Shown here: positions 24,339-32,000 of the stretch, piece by piece
Position numbering within the stretch: the stretch's first letter is position 1
Layout: every line of letters starts with the position of its first letter
Assembly (NCBI GenBank): GCA_964429235.1
Contig: CAYSAQ010000007.1
Coordinates: 35,581-67,580 of the forward strand
DNA: 32,000 nucleotides
Direction of reading: 5' to 3'
Source of the DNA: an uncultured Candidatus Marinamargulisbacteria bacterium
GTDB lineage: Bacteria > Margulisbacteria > Riflemargulisbacteria > GWF2-35-9 > DYQY01
The notes under the pieces: model-generated
What the model was told of the DNA's origin: nothing
What the model saw: the letters and a program-made list of their open reading frames with translations, nothing else
Database searches by the model: none
Position numbers and translations under genes: made by a program

Positions 24339-25073
24339 ATGAGGGAATCGCTATTAATAAGCGCTAAAGCTATGAATATTAGTAGGAACGTAATGGACGT
24401 TACTGCAAATAATCTAGCAAATCTAAATACAATAGGGTATAAACGAGACAAAGTTTATGCAACATCTTTTCAAGATATGATAGCAAAGCGCATAGGTGGC
24501 AAAAACGAGCCATATACCGTGCCAAGTCAAATAAAAACTGCTACAGATTTTTCAAATGGAGAACTTCAGTTTACTAATGATAAATTAAATGTAGCCATAA
24601 GTGGTGATGGGTTTTTTAAGGTAACTACTCCCGATGGAGATACTGCTTATACAAGACGTGGTGCTTTTACGTTGAACAGTAATAGACAATTATCGATTGG
24701 TAATAATTTAGTAATGGGTAGTAGTGGACCAATTACTTTAGAAAATATGGATATTTCAATTGATGAACAAGGTGAGATTTATGATAGAGACAATTCTCCT
24801 ATAGGGGAATTAGCAATAGTTAACGTGGCTAATAAAAATGAGTTGCGCAAAATAGGTGTTTCCTTGTTTAAATCAGATAGTGCTGAAGAGACTGAGTTTA
24901 ACGGAGTTATCAGACATAGATATATTGAAAAATCAAACGTAAATCAGGCAAATGCAATGATAGAAATGTTAGCTATGATGGACTCGCTTAGACAATTTGA
25001 AACTCAACAGAAATTAGTTCAAATTCAAGATGAGTTAAACGGTAAAGCAATAAGCCAAATTGGCGCTGTATAA
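24339..25073 (+). CDS. flgF: flagellar basal-body rod protein FlgF (FlgF/FlgG-like)
   Basis: MRESLLISAKAMNISRNVMDVTANNLANLNTIGYKRDKVY...SGDGFFKVTTPDGDTAYTRRGAFTLNSN; directly upstream of flgG. Confidence 0.88.
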   Translation: MRESLLISAKAMNISRNVMDVTANNLANLNTIGYKRDKVYATSFQDMIAKRIGGKNEPYTVPSQIKTATDFSNGELQFTNDKLNVAISGDGFFKVTTPDGDTAYTRRGAFTLNSNRQLSIGNNLVMGSSGPITLENMDISIDEQGEIYDRDNSPIGELAIVNVANKNELRKIGVSLFKSDSAEETEFNGVIRHRYIEKSNVNQANAMIEMLAMMDSLRQFETQQKLVQIQDELNGKAISQIGAV

Positions 25074-25087
25074 AAGGGGGTATATAA

Positions 25088-25873
25088 ATGACTAGATCAA
25101 TGTGGATATCAGCAACGGGGATGATGGCTCAACAGCTTAATATAGATGTAATTGCCAATAATTTAGCAAACGTGAATACAACAGGTTTTAAAAAATCGAG
25201 AGTTGATTTTGAAGACCTTATGTACCAAAAATTAAGCGTCACAAATAATTTTAATAGTCCTGAACAACAAAACATACCTGTTGAAGTTGGTTTAGGGGTA
25301 AGAAGTACTGGAGTTCCAAAGATACATACTAATGGTAGTCTTCAGCAAACACAAAACGAATTAGATCTGGCCATAGAAGGAGATGGTTTCTTTCAGGTTG
25401 TTTTGCCAGATGGTGAGATCGGCTACACAAGAGCCGGGAATTTCAGAAAAGATGCTGACGGTTATATTGCTACTCCCGATGGATTTTATTTAGAACCATC
25501 GCTACAAATACCAGATGATGCTGAGGAGTTCTTTGTTAGTGCTGCTGGAGCTGTAAGTGTTTCTAGAGTAGGAACTGCTACTATTGAGGAAATTGGTCAG
25601 ATATATTTGGCGGATTTCCCAAACCCAGCAGGGTTAAACAATAAAGGGCGTAATGTTTCTGTTGAAACTGGTGCATCAGGGCAACCATATGAATCTACTC
25701 CAGGAGTGGATGGCTCAGGCACATTGGCTCAAGGATATTTAGAGGGATCTAATGTTGATATAGCAGAAGAGATGATAAATATGATTATTGCTCAGAGGGC
25801 TTATGAAATAAATTCTAAAGCAATCCAGACTTCAGATGAATTGTTATCAATGACGAATAACTTAAAGAGGTAA
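25088..25873 (+). CDS. flgG: flagellar distal rod protein FlgG
   Basis: MTRSMWISATGMMAQQLNIDVIANNLANVNTTGFKKSRVDFEDLMYQ...EGSNVDIAEEMINMIIAQRAYEINSKAIQTSDELL. Confidence 0.98.
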   Translation: MTRSMWISATGMMAQQLNIDVIANNLANVNTTGFKKSRVDFEDLMYQKLSVTNNFNSPEQQNIPVEVGLGVRSTGVPKIHTNGSLQQTQNELDLAIEGDGFFQVVLPDGEIGYTRAGNFRKDADGYIATPDGFYLEPSLQIPDDAEEFFVSAAGAVSVSRVGTATIEEIGQIYLADFPNPAGLNNKGRNVSVETGASGQPYESTPGVDGSGTLAQGYLEGSNVDIAEEMINMIIAQRAYEINSKAIQTSDELLSMTNNLKR

Positions 25874-25877
25874 ATAA

Positions 25878-26555
25878 GTGAAGAATAGATTAGCATTATT
25901 ATTTTTTATATTAACAGTATCTTTTGCGGTGAACGTAGATGTTGTAAAGGACATGATAGATAAACAACTATCGCCATCCTTTGCTAAATATAAAAAATAT
26001 GAAATGGTTATTATGCAAGAGCCACAAAATGCTAGCAAAATTATTACAGGTAGCGTTGTTATAGATCCAATTAAAGCAAAACCAGGAATGAATGTTTTTT
26101 CTATAAAGGGAACAATTGGGGACAAGATGAGAGTCGCAAAATATTTAGTAAAAATAAATGTTTTTGATGACGTTTTTGTTGCAAAGCAACGAGTGAAGAG
26201 TAATGACCGATTTGTTGCAAGTAATTTTGAGAAGAAACTTATGGACGTATCGTCTATTGTTAGTTCTGGCAAACAATGGGTTACATCAACTGCAGATTTT
26301 GCAGAATATAGGTTTGTAAGACCTATTAGGAGAGGCGATATTATCTTAGAGAGAATGCTAGAACCAATGCCTGATGTTTTGAAAGATGATGTTTTAAAAC
26401 TAACCTTAAACGAAGGTGTTGTAAGGATGACTTGTGAAGTCGTTGCAATGGAAGAGGCTTTTGTTGGAGATATCATTGATGTTATCCATCCAAAATATAA
26501 GAAACCCTTGCAAGTTGTAGTTAAAGAATCTGCCAATGTAGAGATGAAAGGTTAA
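25878..26555 (+). CDS. flgA: flagellar P-ring assembly chaperone FlgA
   Basis: Signal peptide, SAF-like region YRFVRPIRRGDIILERMLE, C-terminus GDIIDVIHPKYKKPLQVVVKESANVEMKG. Confidence 0.85.
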   Translation: MKNRLALLFFILTVSFAVNVDVVKDMIDKQLSPSFAKYKKYEMVIMQEPQNASKIITGSVVIDPIKAKPGMNVFSIKGTIGDKMRVAKYLVKINVFDDVFVAKQRVKSNDRFVASNFEKKLMDVSSIVSSGKQWVTSTADFAEYRFVRPIRRGDIILERMLEPMPDVLKDDVLKLTLNEGVVRMTCEVVAMEEAFVGDIIDVIHPKYKKPLQVVVKESANVEMKG

Positions 26556-26566
26556 GGAGGACCAGT

Positions 26567-27136
26567 ATGAAAATAATAATGAGAGTATGCCTAATAGTAA
26601 TGTTAATGATGAGTTGTCATGCAGAATCATTATGGCAGGGAGAAAAAGGTGGTTTGTTTGATGATCATATAGCAGCTGAAGTTGGTGATAGTTTAACTAT
26701 CCTTGTAGTTGAAGAGATAACAAATAAACAAAAATCCGACAGTACAATAAAAAACACAAACTCATTCGCTTTTGGTCCAGGAACTGGGTATGGAAGCTTT
26801 TTAGAGGAAGAGACCGGAGCACCAAACGAGAGTTCTTTTGCTGCTGAGGGTGAGCAAAATACTGAGGGTGAATTTGTCGCAATGGTTACAGTTAGGGTTA
26901 TTGAAGTTTTAGATAACCAAGAGCTCCTAGTAGAAGGAAGTAAGAGAATAAATATTAATAATGATAAACAATTCATATATATAAAGGGCATTGTTAAGCC
27001 TGAAAATATTTCTAATAAGAATGAAGTTTACTCTAAGTATTTAGCAAATGCAGAGATTGTTTTCTCACAAGATGGCGAGATAAATAATGCGGTAGATCCT
27101 GGTTTGATAACAAAGATTTTTAATATGGTATTTTGA
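26567..27136 (+). CDS. flgH: flagellar L-ring protein FlgH
   Basis: GDSLTILVVEEITNKQKSDSTIKN...EGEFVAMVTVRVIEVLDNQELLVEGSKRININNDKQFIYIKGIVKPENIS; possible lipobox MMSC. Confidence 0.93.
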   Translation: MKIIMRVCLIVMLMMSCHAESLWQGEKGGLFDDHIAAEVGDSLTILVVEEITNKQKSDSTIKNTNSFAFGPGTGYGSFLEEETGAPNESSFAAEGEQNTEGEFVAMVTVRVIEVLDNQELLVEGSKRININNDKQFIYIKGIVKPENISNKNEVYSKYLANAEIVFSQDGEINNAVDPGLITKIFNMVF

Positions 27137-27146
27137 GGAAATTATT

Positions 27147-28253
27147 ATGAAAAAACTTATAGCATTTTTATTAATTATTACAATACAAAGCGTTTTTGCC
27201 CTCGATTCAGGGGTAACAACAAGAGTAAAGGATATTTCAAGATTATTGAATGATAGAGAGAATATACTAATTGGTTACGGGTTAGTAGTTGGTCTTCAGG
27301 GTACTGGAGATGATAACGTAATCATGAGACAAGGTATCGCAAATATGTTAAGTAACTTTGGTGTAAATAATTTATCAGTAGATGATTTAGAGTCAGACAA
27401 TACGGCAGTAGTAATGGTTACTGCAAAGTTAGGCGCATTTAATGTTCCTGGAGATAATATTGATATACATGTCTCCTCACTTGGACAGTCAAGTAGTTTG
27501 CGTGGTGGAATGTTATTATTCACACCTCTTAAAGCTGCTAACGGCGAAGTTTATGCAATAGCACAAGGACCTGTTGCTGTTGGCGGATATAGTGTTTCTG
27601 GAAAAAGAAGTAGTAGTGTAAAGAATCATACTGCCTCAGGAACCATACCTAATGGTGCGATTATTGAAAAATCAGTAAAAACAGAATTGGCAGTAGATGG
27701 AGAGCTTATCTGGGTATTGGATAGAAAAGACTTCAGTACTATTGATAACATCAGACTAGCAATAATTGAGCAGAATGCTGATTGGGAAGTTGCTTCTCTT
27801 AGTGGTTCTCAGTTTTCAATAAAGCTTCCTGCTGAATACGAAGGTAAAGAAATAGAGTTGATTTCTCTAATAAATAACTTGGAAGTAGAGTCTGATAGTG
27901 AGGCTAGGATAGTTATTAATGAGCGCACTGGTGCCGTGGTTATTGGTGGTCCAGTAAGAATAGCACCAGTTGTTATTTCTTATCAGAATATGAATGTTTC
28001 CGTAAGTGATAGTTCTGCTGTTTCACAGCCAGGTGCTTTTTCTTCAGGTGCTACAAAAGTAGTAAATGATACGAGCATCTCTATTAAACAGGGATTATCA
28101 GGAGCATTAGAAATAGTTGATACCAAAGAGAATACTATAGAACAAGTAGTTAGTGTTCTTAATCGTATTGGCATGGAGCCAAGTGATGTGATTACTATTC
28201 TTCAGTTAATGAAAGAAGCTGGGGCGATAAAAGCGAAGATGGAGATTATTTAA
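27147..28253 (+). CDS. flgI: flagellar P-ring protein FlgI
   Basis: TRVKDISRLLNDRENILIGYGLVVGLQGTGD...SSLRGGMLLFTPLKAANGEVYAIAQGPVAVGGY. Confidence 0.98.
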   Translation: MKKLIAFLLIITIQSVFALDSGVTTRVKDISRLLNDRENILIGYGLVVGLQGTGDDNVIMRQGIANMLSNFGVNNLSVDDLESDNTAVVMVTAKLGAFNVPGDNIDIHVSSLGQSSSLRGGMLLFTPLKAANGEVYAIAQGPVAVGGYSVSGKRSSSVKNHTASGTIPNGAIIEKSVKTELAVDGELIWVLDRKDFSTIDNIRLAIIEQNADWEVASLSGSQFSIKLPAEYEGKEIELISLINNLEVESDSEARIVINERTGAVVIGGPVRIAPVVISYQNMNVSVSDSSAVSQPGAFSSGATKVVNDTSISIKQGLSGALEIVDTKENTIEQVVSVLNRIGMEPSDVITILQLMKEAGAIKAKMEII

Positions 28254-28564
28254 TGAATATCACAGATATCGCTAGTATTAGTAAAGATTTTGGGGAAATT
28301 AGATCCGACAAAGCGTCTAAAGATCTTGAAAGCTATTTTATTAATTTTTTGTTAAAGGAAATGAGAAAAACTATACCAAAAAGTGATTTGTTTGGTAAAA
28401 ATTCTGCAGAAACAATGTATACCGAAATGTTTGATCAACAACTAGCTCAGAATCTTGCAGATGCAGGTGGCTTAGGACTTGCGAAGCATATTAATAAGGT
28501 AATGGCTGTTCAGCAGAAAGCCGTGCAAGGCTATGAGGAGGCAAATAATTTAATACAAAGCTAA
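28253..28564 (+). CDS. flgJ: FlgJ-type rod-binding protein, muramidase domain absent
   Basis: FINFLLKEMRKTIPKSDLFGKNSAETMYTEMFDQQLAQNLADAGGLGLAKHI; 103 aa; start overlaps the flgI stop. Confidence 0.92.
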   Translation: MNITDIASISKDFGEIRSDKASKDLESYFINFLLKEMRKTIPKSDLFGKNSAETMYTEMFDQQLAQNLADAGGLGLAKHINKVMAVQQKAVQGYEEANNLIQS

Positions 28565-28588
28565 AGTTTTCATTTCTTGTACCGATAA
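28562..28588 (+). promoter_or_regulatory. sigma-28 (FliA/SigD) promoter for flgM-flgN-flgK-flgL
   Basis: TAAAGTTT (28562-28569) - 11 nt - ACCGATAA (28581-28588) versus consensus TAAAGTTT-N11-GCCGATAA. Confidence 0.85.
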
Positions 28589-28603
28589 TACTATCGATAG
28601 TAT
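28588..28603. repeat. perfect 16-bp palindrome
   Basis: ATACTATCGATAGTAT, self-complementary, directly downstream of the sigma-28 -10 box. Confidence 0.8.
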
Positions 28604-28642
28604 AGTAATTATATATCGATAACATATACAAGGAGTAGAATC

Positions 28643-28945
28643 ATGAGGATTATAGAATCTGGAGCTTTTGAAGAAATTAAAAAGGCAGCATTGCCAAAGC
28701 AAGAACGTAAAGTTCAAGCACAAAGCAATGAGCCTGTTAGTGAAGAAATAGTTGCTGAAGAAAATAAAAGAGCTTTTGAACTAGTCTTTAATGATAAAAG
28801 TTTTGATATTGATCTAAAGAAAGTAGAACAGATCAAGAAAGAAATAGATGAGGGACGCTACGAAGCCGACTCAGCTAAAATTGCAGAGGGGATTATTGAA
28901 AGTGAACAACGAGGCGAAAGTAGTATGGGATTATTTACAGGCTAA
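28643..28945 (+). CDS. flgM: anti-sigma-28 factor FlgM
   Basis: 100 aa with C-terminal FlgM signature: FDIDLKKVEQIKKEIDEGRYEADSAKIAEGII; RBS AGGAG. Confidence 0.88.
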   Translation: MRIIESGAFEEIKKAALPKQERKVQAQSNEPVSEEIVAEENKRAFELVFNDKSFDIDLKKVEQIKKEIDEGRYEADSAKIAEGIIESEQRGESSMGLFTG

Positions 28946-29411
28946 CCTGAACGAACAGGCATCTGCATACACTCGTCTTTTAAACCTCCTTCAGCAAGAA
29001 AATCAAACATTAATATCTAGAACACCAAGTCAGCTAAATGAACTGACATCTCAAAAAGAATTATTAACACCACAAATAATGAACCTTAATAAAGATATGC
29101 TTTCTATTATTTCAAGAATATTAGTAGCAGAGCCAGGAGTGACTATAAATCTTGGGCAAGTCATCGAGGTTGCGCCAGAAGAATATCGCACAAGATTATT
29201 GAAATCTAAGAATGTTTTAAATAAACAAAAGCAAGAGCTTATTCAGTTGAAATACAGAAATCAAAAGCTAATGGAGAATTCATTAAAATATGTTCAACAT
29301 ATGATGAATAGGATGATGGACTTATGTTCTGATCATCAAGAAGTGTATTGTTCTAGAGGGAATACCAGCATTATCGGGGGTAATCGAAATCTAATGGATA
29401 TAGTTGCTTAA
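28896..29411 (+). CDS. flgN: flagellar export chaperone FlgN
   Basis: Helical protein between flgM and flgK: LNEQASAYTRLLNLLQQENQTLIS... TTG 28896 with GAGGGG upstream is the preferred start; the track start at 28848 would lie deep in flgM. Confidence 0.75.
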   Translation: MKVNNEAKVVWDYLQANLNEQASAYTRLLNLLQQENQTLISRTPSQLNELTSQKELLTPQIMNLNKDMLSIISRILVAEPGVTINLGQVIEVAPEEYRTRLLKSKNVLNKQKQELIQLKYRNQKLMENSLKYVQHMMNRMMDLCSDHQEVYCSRGNTSIIGGNRNLMDIVA

Positions 29412-29423
29412 GGGGGTGTTTGA

Positions 29424-30815
29424 ATGTCAGGTGGATTAGAAATAGCAAGAAGAGCATTACAAACAAATTCATATATTATGGATACTATAGGTAATAACAT
29501 TGCTAATGTTAATACCGAAGGTTATTCAAGACAGGTTGTCAGAACAAAGCCAACTGATTCTATTAGTATAGCTGCTGACAGTCAAGTTAATCCGTTTGCT
29601 TCTTTAGGTACGGGCGTGAGTGCTTATGCAATAGAAAGAGTAAGGAACGAGTTCTTTGATAATCAGATGAGAAACATATTAGATGACTATGGTTCTTGGG
29701 AGCAGCAGTCGATAACATATAGTAATGTTGAGTCAATATTTAATGAACCATCTGATGTGGGAATTTCTGCAAATTTAGATGCTTTTTGGAACTCTTGGTA
29801 TTCTGTCCAACTTCCAGACCCTGCAGATTCTGGAGCAAGAGCAAATGTTTTAGCTTCAGCAGAACAATTAACGCAGTCATTAAGTTTTACTAGAAGTGCA
29901 TTAACAAATCTTAAGGTTAATCTTGATGATAGTATCTCCTTTAAGTTGGAAGAAGCAAATGGGTTAATTCAGAGTATTAGTAAGCTAAACACCCAAATTA
30001 TTGAGGCAGAAGCATCTGGGGGAACGACAAGCTTGAGAGATCAACGTAATGTCCAGGTTAATGAATTAGTCCAGCTTATTGATGCTTCTTATTATGAAGA
30101 TGACCGAGGTGGTGTAACAATTGCCTTCGGTGGATTAATTTTGGTAAGTGAGCAAGAGGTGAGTTTGTTAGAGGCTAAATATACGACTAGTTCGGGAGAG
30201 ACAAAGACTAGTATATTCCTTGAGGGATCTGTAAGAGAGATAGAGGTAACTGGTGGTGAGGTATATGGCATTGTTCAATCCAGAGACCAAATAGTCGATG
30301 GTTATATTGGCCAATTAGATGAGTTGGCTATGGCCGTAAAAGATAGTGTAAATTCTGTACATAGAGACGGTTATGACCTTTTAGGGAATAAAGGAATCAA
30401 TATTTTTGAGGGAACCAATGCTTATGATCTAAGCGTAAACGACCTATTGGCTAGAGACCCTTCTTTGCTTGCAGCATCTACGTCTCCAAATAATGTAGAG
30501 GGAAATGGCGAAAACGCATTAGCAATTAGTAACCTTCGAGATTTAGGAGTTTTTGATTCTGGGACAACATCGATTAATGAGTATTATCAGAATTTAATTT
30601 CAGATCTTGGGGTAAATTCATTAGCAGCACAGAATTATGTGAAGACAAATGAAGATATTAAGAAGCAGATCACTAATCAAATAGCAGAAGTGTCAGGTGT
30701 TTCGATTGATGAAGAAATGGCCGATATGATTCGTTATCAAAACGCATATCAGGCTATTGCTAAGTATTTAGGTGTGGTACAAGAAATGTTAGATGTGCTT
30801 ACAAATATGGTATAG
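29424..30815 (+). CDS. flgK: flagellar hook-associated protein 1, FlgK
   Basis: LEIARRALQTNSYIMDTIGNNIANVNTEGYSRQVV...ISGVSIDEEMADMIRYQNAYQAIAKYLGVVQEMLDVLTNM. Confidence 0.97.
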   Translation: MSGGLEIARRALQTNSYIMDTIGNNIANVNTEGYSRQVVRTKPTDSISIAADSQVNPFASLGTGVSAYAIERVRNEFFDNQMRNILDDYGSWEQQSITYSNVESIFNEPSDVGISANLDAFWNSWYSVQLPDPADSGARANVLASAEQLTQSLSFTRSALTNLKVNLDDSISFKLEEANGLIQSISKLNTQIIEAEASGGTTSLRDQRNVQVNELVQLIDASYYEDDRGGVTIAFGGLILVSEQEVSLLEAKYTTSSGETKTSIFLEGSVREIEVTGGEVYGIVQSRDQIVDGYIGQLDELAMAVKDSVNSVHRDGYDLLGNKGINIFEGTNAYDLSVNDLLARDPSLLAASTSPNNVEGNGENALAISNLRDLGVFDSGTTSINEYYQNLISDLGVNSLAAQNYVKTNEDIKKQITNQIAEVSGVSIDEEMADMIRYQNAYQAIAKYLGVVQEMLDVLTNMV

Positions 30816-30827
30816 GAGGTGAATTAG

Positions 30828-32000
30828 ATGAGAGTAACTAATAGTATGAGTTCAGCAAATGTTTTAACTAATATTTCACGTAGCTCACAGAAGTTATATG
30901 AGCTTCAAAATCAGCTAAGCTCAGGGAAAAAGATTTCAAAACCTTCTGATAATCCAACAAACATTAATAGGTTAATGGGGTTTACAGAAGATATAAATCG
31001 TAGAGAACAATATTCTAATAATATTGATACAATGCTTGTTAATTTAAATACTACTGACGGGATACTTTTTACATTAACAGAGCAAGTAAATAATGTAGAA
31101 GTAACTTTGAATCAATATGCGAATTCAGCGCTAACTTCTGGCAATGGAGACGTGTTAGCTTCTGATGTTGAAAATATTTTTGAAGGCATAATGGATTTAG
31201 CTAATAGCAGCTTAAATGGAAGATATATTTTTGGTGGTTATAATGTTGCTAATCCGCCATTTGAGGTGGTTGGTGATAGAGTTAAGTATAATGGTACGGA
31301 TGACTTAATAATGGTGGATGTTGGTGACAATGAATCATTGCCAGTAAGTATTTCAGGTATAGAATTGTTTTCTATTCACAGGATGGAAGGCACCAAATAT
31401 ATGAGTAGTGCCGAGCAATCAATTTATCCAGCTCCAGAGAGTGATCAGATCAGAATTACAGTTGGTGATCAAACTACCGATATTACTATAGGGCATAATG
31501 CTATTTTAGGAATGACATTGCAGGATGTTGCTGATTCAATTAATAATGCAGGCGCAGGAGCGAATGCAGTTATTGAAAAGACATCAACTGGATCTCGATT
31601 GAAGCTGATATCAGAATATGTTGGTTCTGACGGAGAAATTGTTGTTGAAGACATGGCTCCAGGAGGTGTATTTCATAAGTTAGGACTTTTGGATGAGGCA
31701 AATGAATTTGTTGGAATCCAGAACGATCCATCAGGAGGAGTATTATCTACTGTGCTGAGTATTAAAAATAAAATGCAAGCTGGAGAATATGACCTGGATG
31801 AAGAAGTTAACGCTTTAGAAACTGGAAGGAATGGTGTTATTAAGGCACATGCACAAGTAGGGATCTTTACTCAAAGTTTAGAGCAACGTAAAAGCTTTTT
31901 GATAGATTTGATTATTCAGCAAAAGTCATTAAGATCAGATACAGAAGATATTGATTACGCGGAGGTAATGACAGAGTATAATGCAGAGATGATGGCGTAT
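30828..32000 (+). CDS. flgL: flagellar hook-associated protein 3, FlgL (3' end beyond window)
   Basis: Open frame from ATG 30828 to the edge: MRVTNSMSSANVLTNISRSSQKLYELQNQLSSGKKISKPSDNPTNINRLM...; RBS AGGAGG. Missing from the track because it has no stop in the window. Confidence 0.93.
   Translation, partial: MRVTNSMSSANVLTNISRSSQKLYELQNQLSSGKKISKPSDNPTNINRLMGFTEDINRREQYSNNIDTMLVNLNTTDGILFTLTEQVNNVEVTLNQYANSALTSGNGDVLASDVENIFEGIMDLANSSLNGRYIFGGYNVANPPFEVVGDRVKYNGTDDLIMVDVGDNESLPVSISGIELFSIHRMEGTKYMSSAEQSIYPAPESDQIRITVGDQTTDITIGHNAILGMTLQDVADSINNAGAGANAVIEKTSTGSRLKLISEYVGSDGEIVVEDMAPGGVFHKLGLLDEANEFVGIQNDPSGGVLSTVLSIKNKMQAGEYDLDEEVNALETGRNGVIKAHAQVGIFTQSLEQRKSFLIDLIIQQKSLRSDTEDIDYAEVMTEYNAEMMAY

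Noticed and set aside
25862-26536. 224-aa minus-strand ORF
   Set aside because: Shadow of flgA.
1-32000. CRISPR array, toxin-antitoxin or restriction-modification locus
   Set aside because: No regularly spaced direct repeats and no recognisable TA, R-M or other defence proteins were seen.

Overview
AT-rich window from a diderm bacterium, with no rRNA, prophage or CRISPR array. Its backbone is two flagellar gene blocks: flgB-flgC-fliF-fliG-fliH-fliI-fliJ (12.4-18.2 kb) and flgF-flgG-flgA-flgH-flgI-flgJ-flgM-flgN-flgK-flgL (24.3 kb to the right edge, flgL open at the end). Other content: a partial type IV pilus/T2SS-like cluster ending in a short secretin; a LysE-family exporter; a GyrI-like protein; a carbon-nitrogen hydrolase; two tandem thymidylate-kinase paralogues; a FecCD/BtuCD-type ABC pair; a Fis-type HTH protein; a HAD hydrolase; secG; a MerR-family regulator divergent from flgB; a minimal GspE/PilB/ComGA-like ATPase; aroE; a bactofilin; an RsmI-like methyltransferase; an ECF sigma factor / short membrane protein / Spy-like periplasmic protein cassette; tRNA-Leu(GAG); an M15-type peptidase; and a Xer-type recombinase. 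The most interesting signals are: (1) the ECF cassette, which resembles CnrYXH-type signalling, with the same promoter-like motif GGAACTTTT-N12-TTGTATA upstream of both the sigma gene and the Spy-like gene; (2) a near-consensus sigma-28 promoter overlapping the flgJ stop codon and followed by a perfect 16-bp palindrome; (3) a small family of roughly 47-50 nt double-hairpin repeats with covarying arms, including a head-to-head pair; (4) a strong promoter placed so close to flgB that the transcript would be leaderless. All calls come from reading the sequence and supplied translations; no database search was run.
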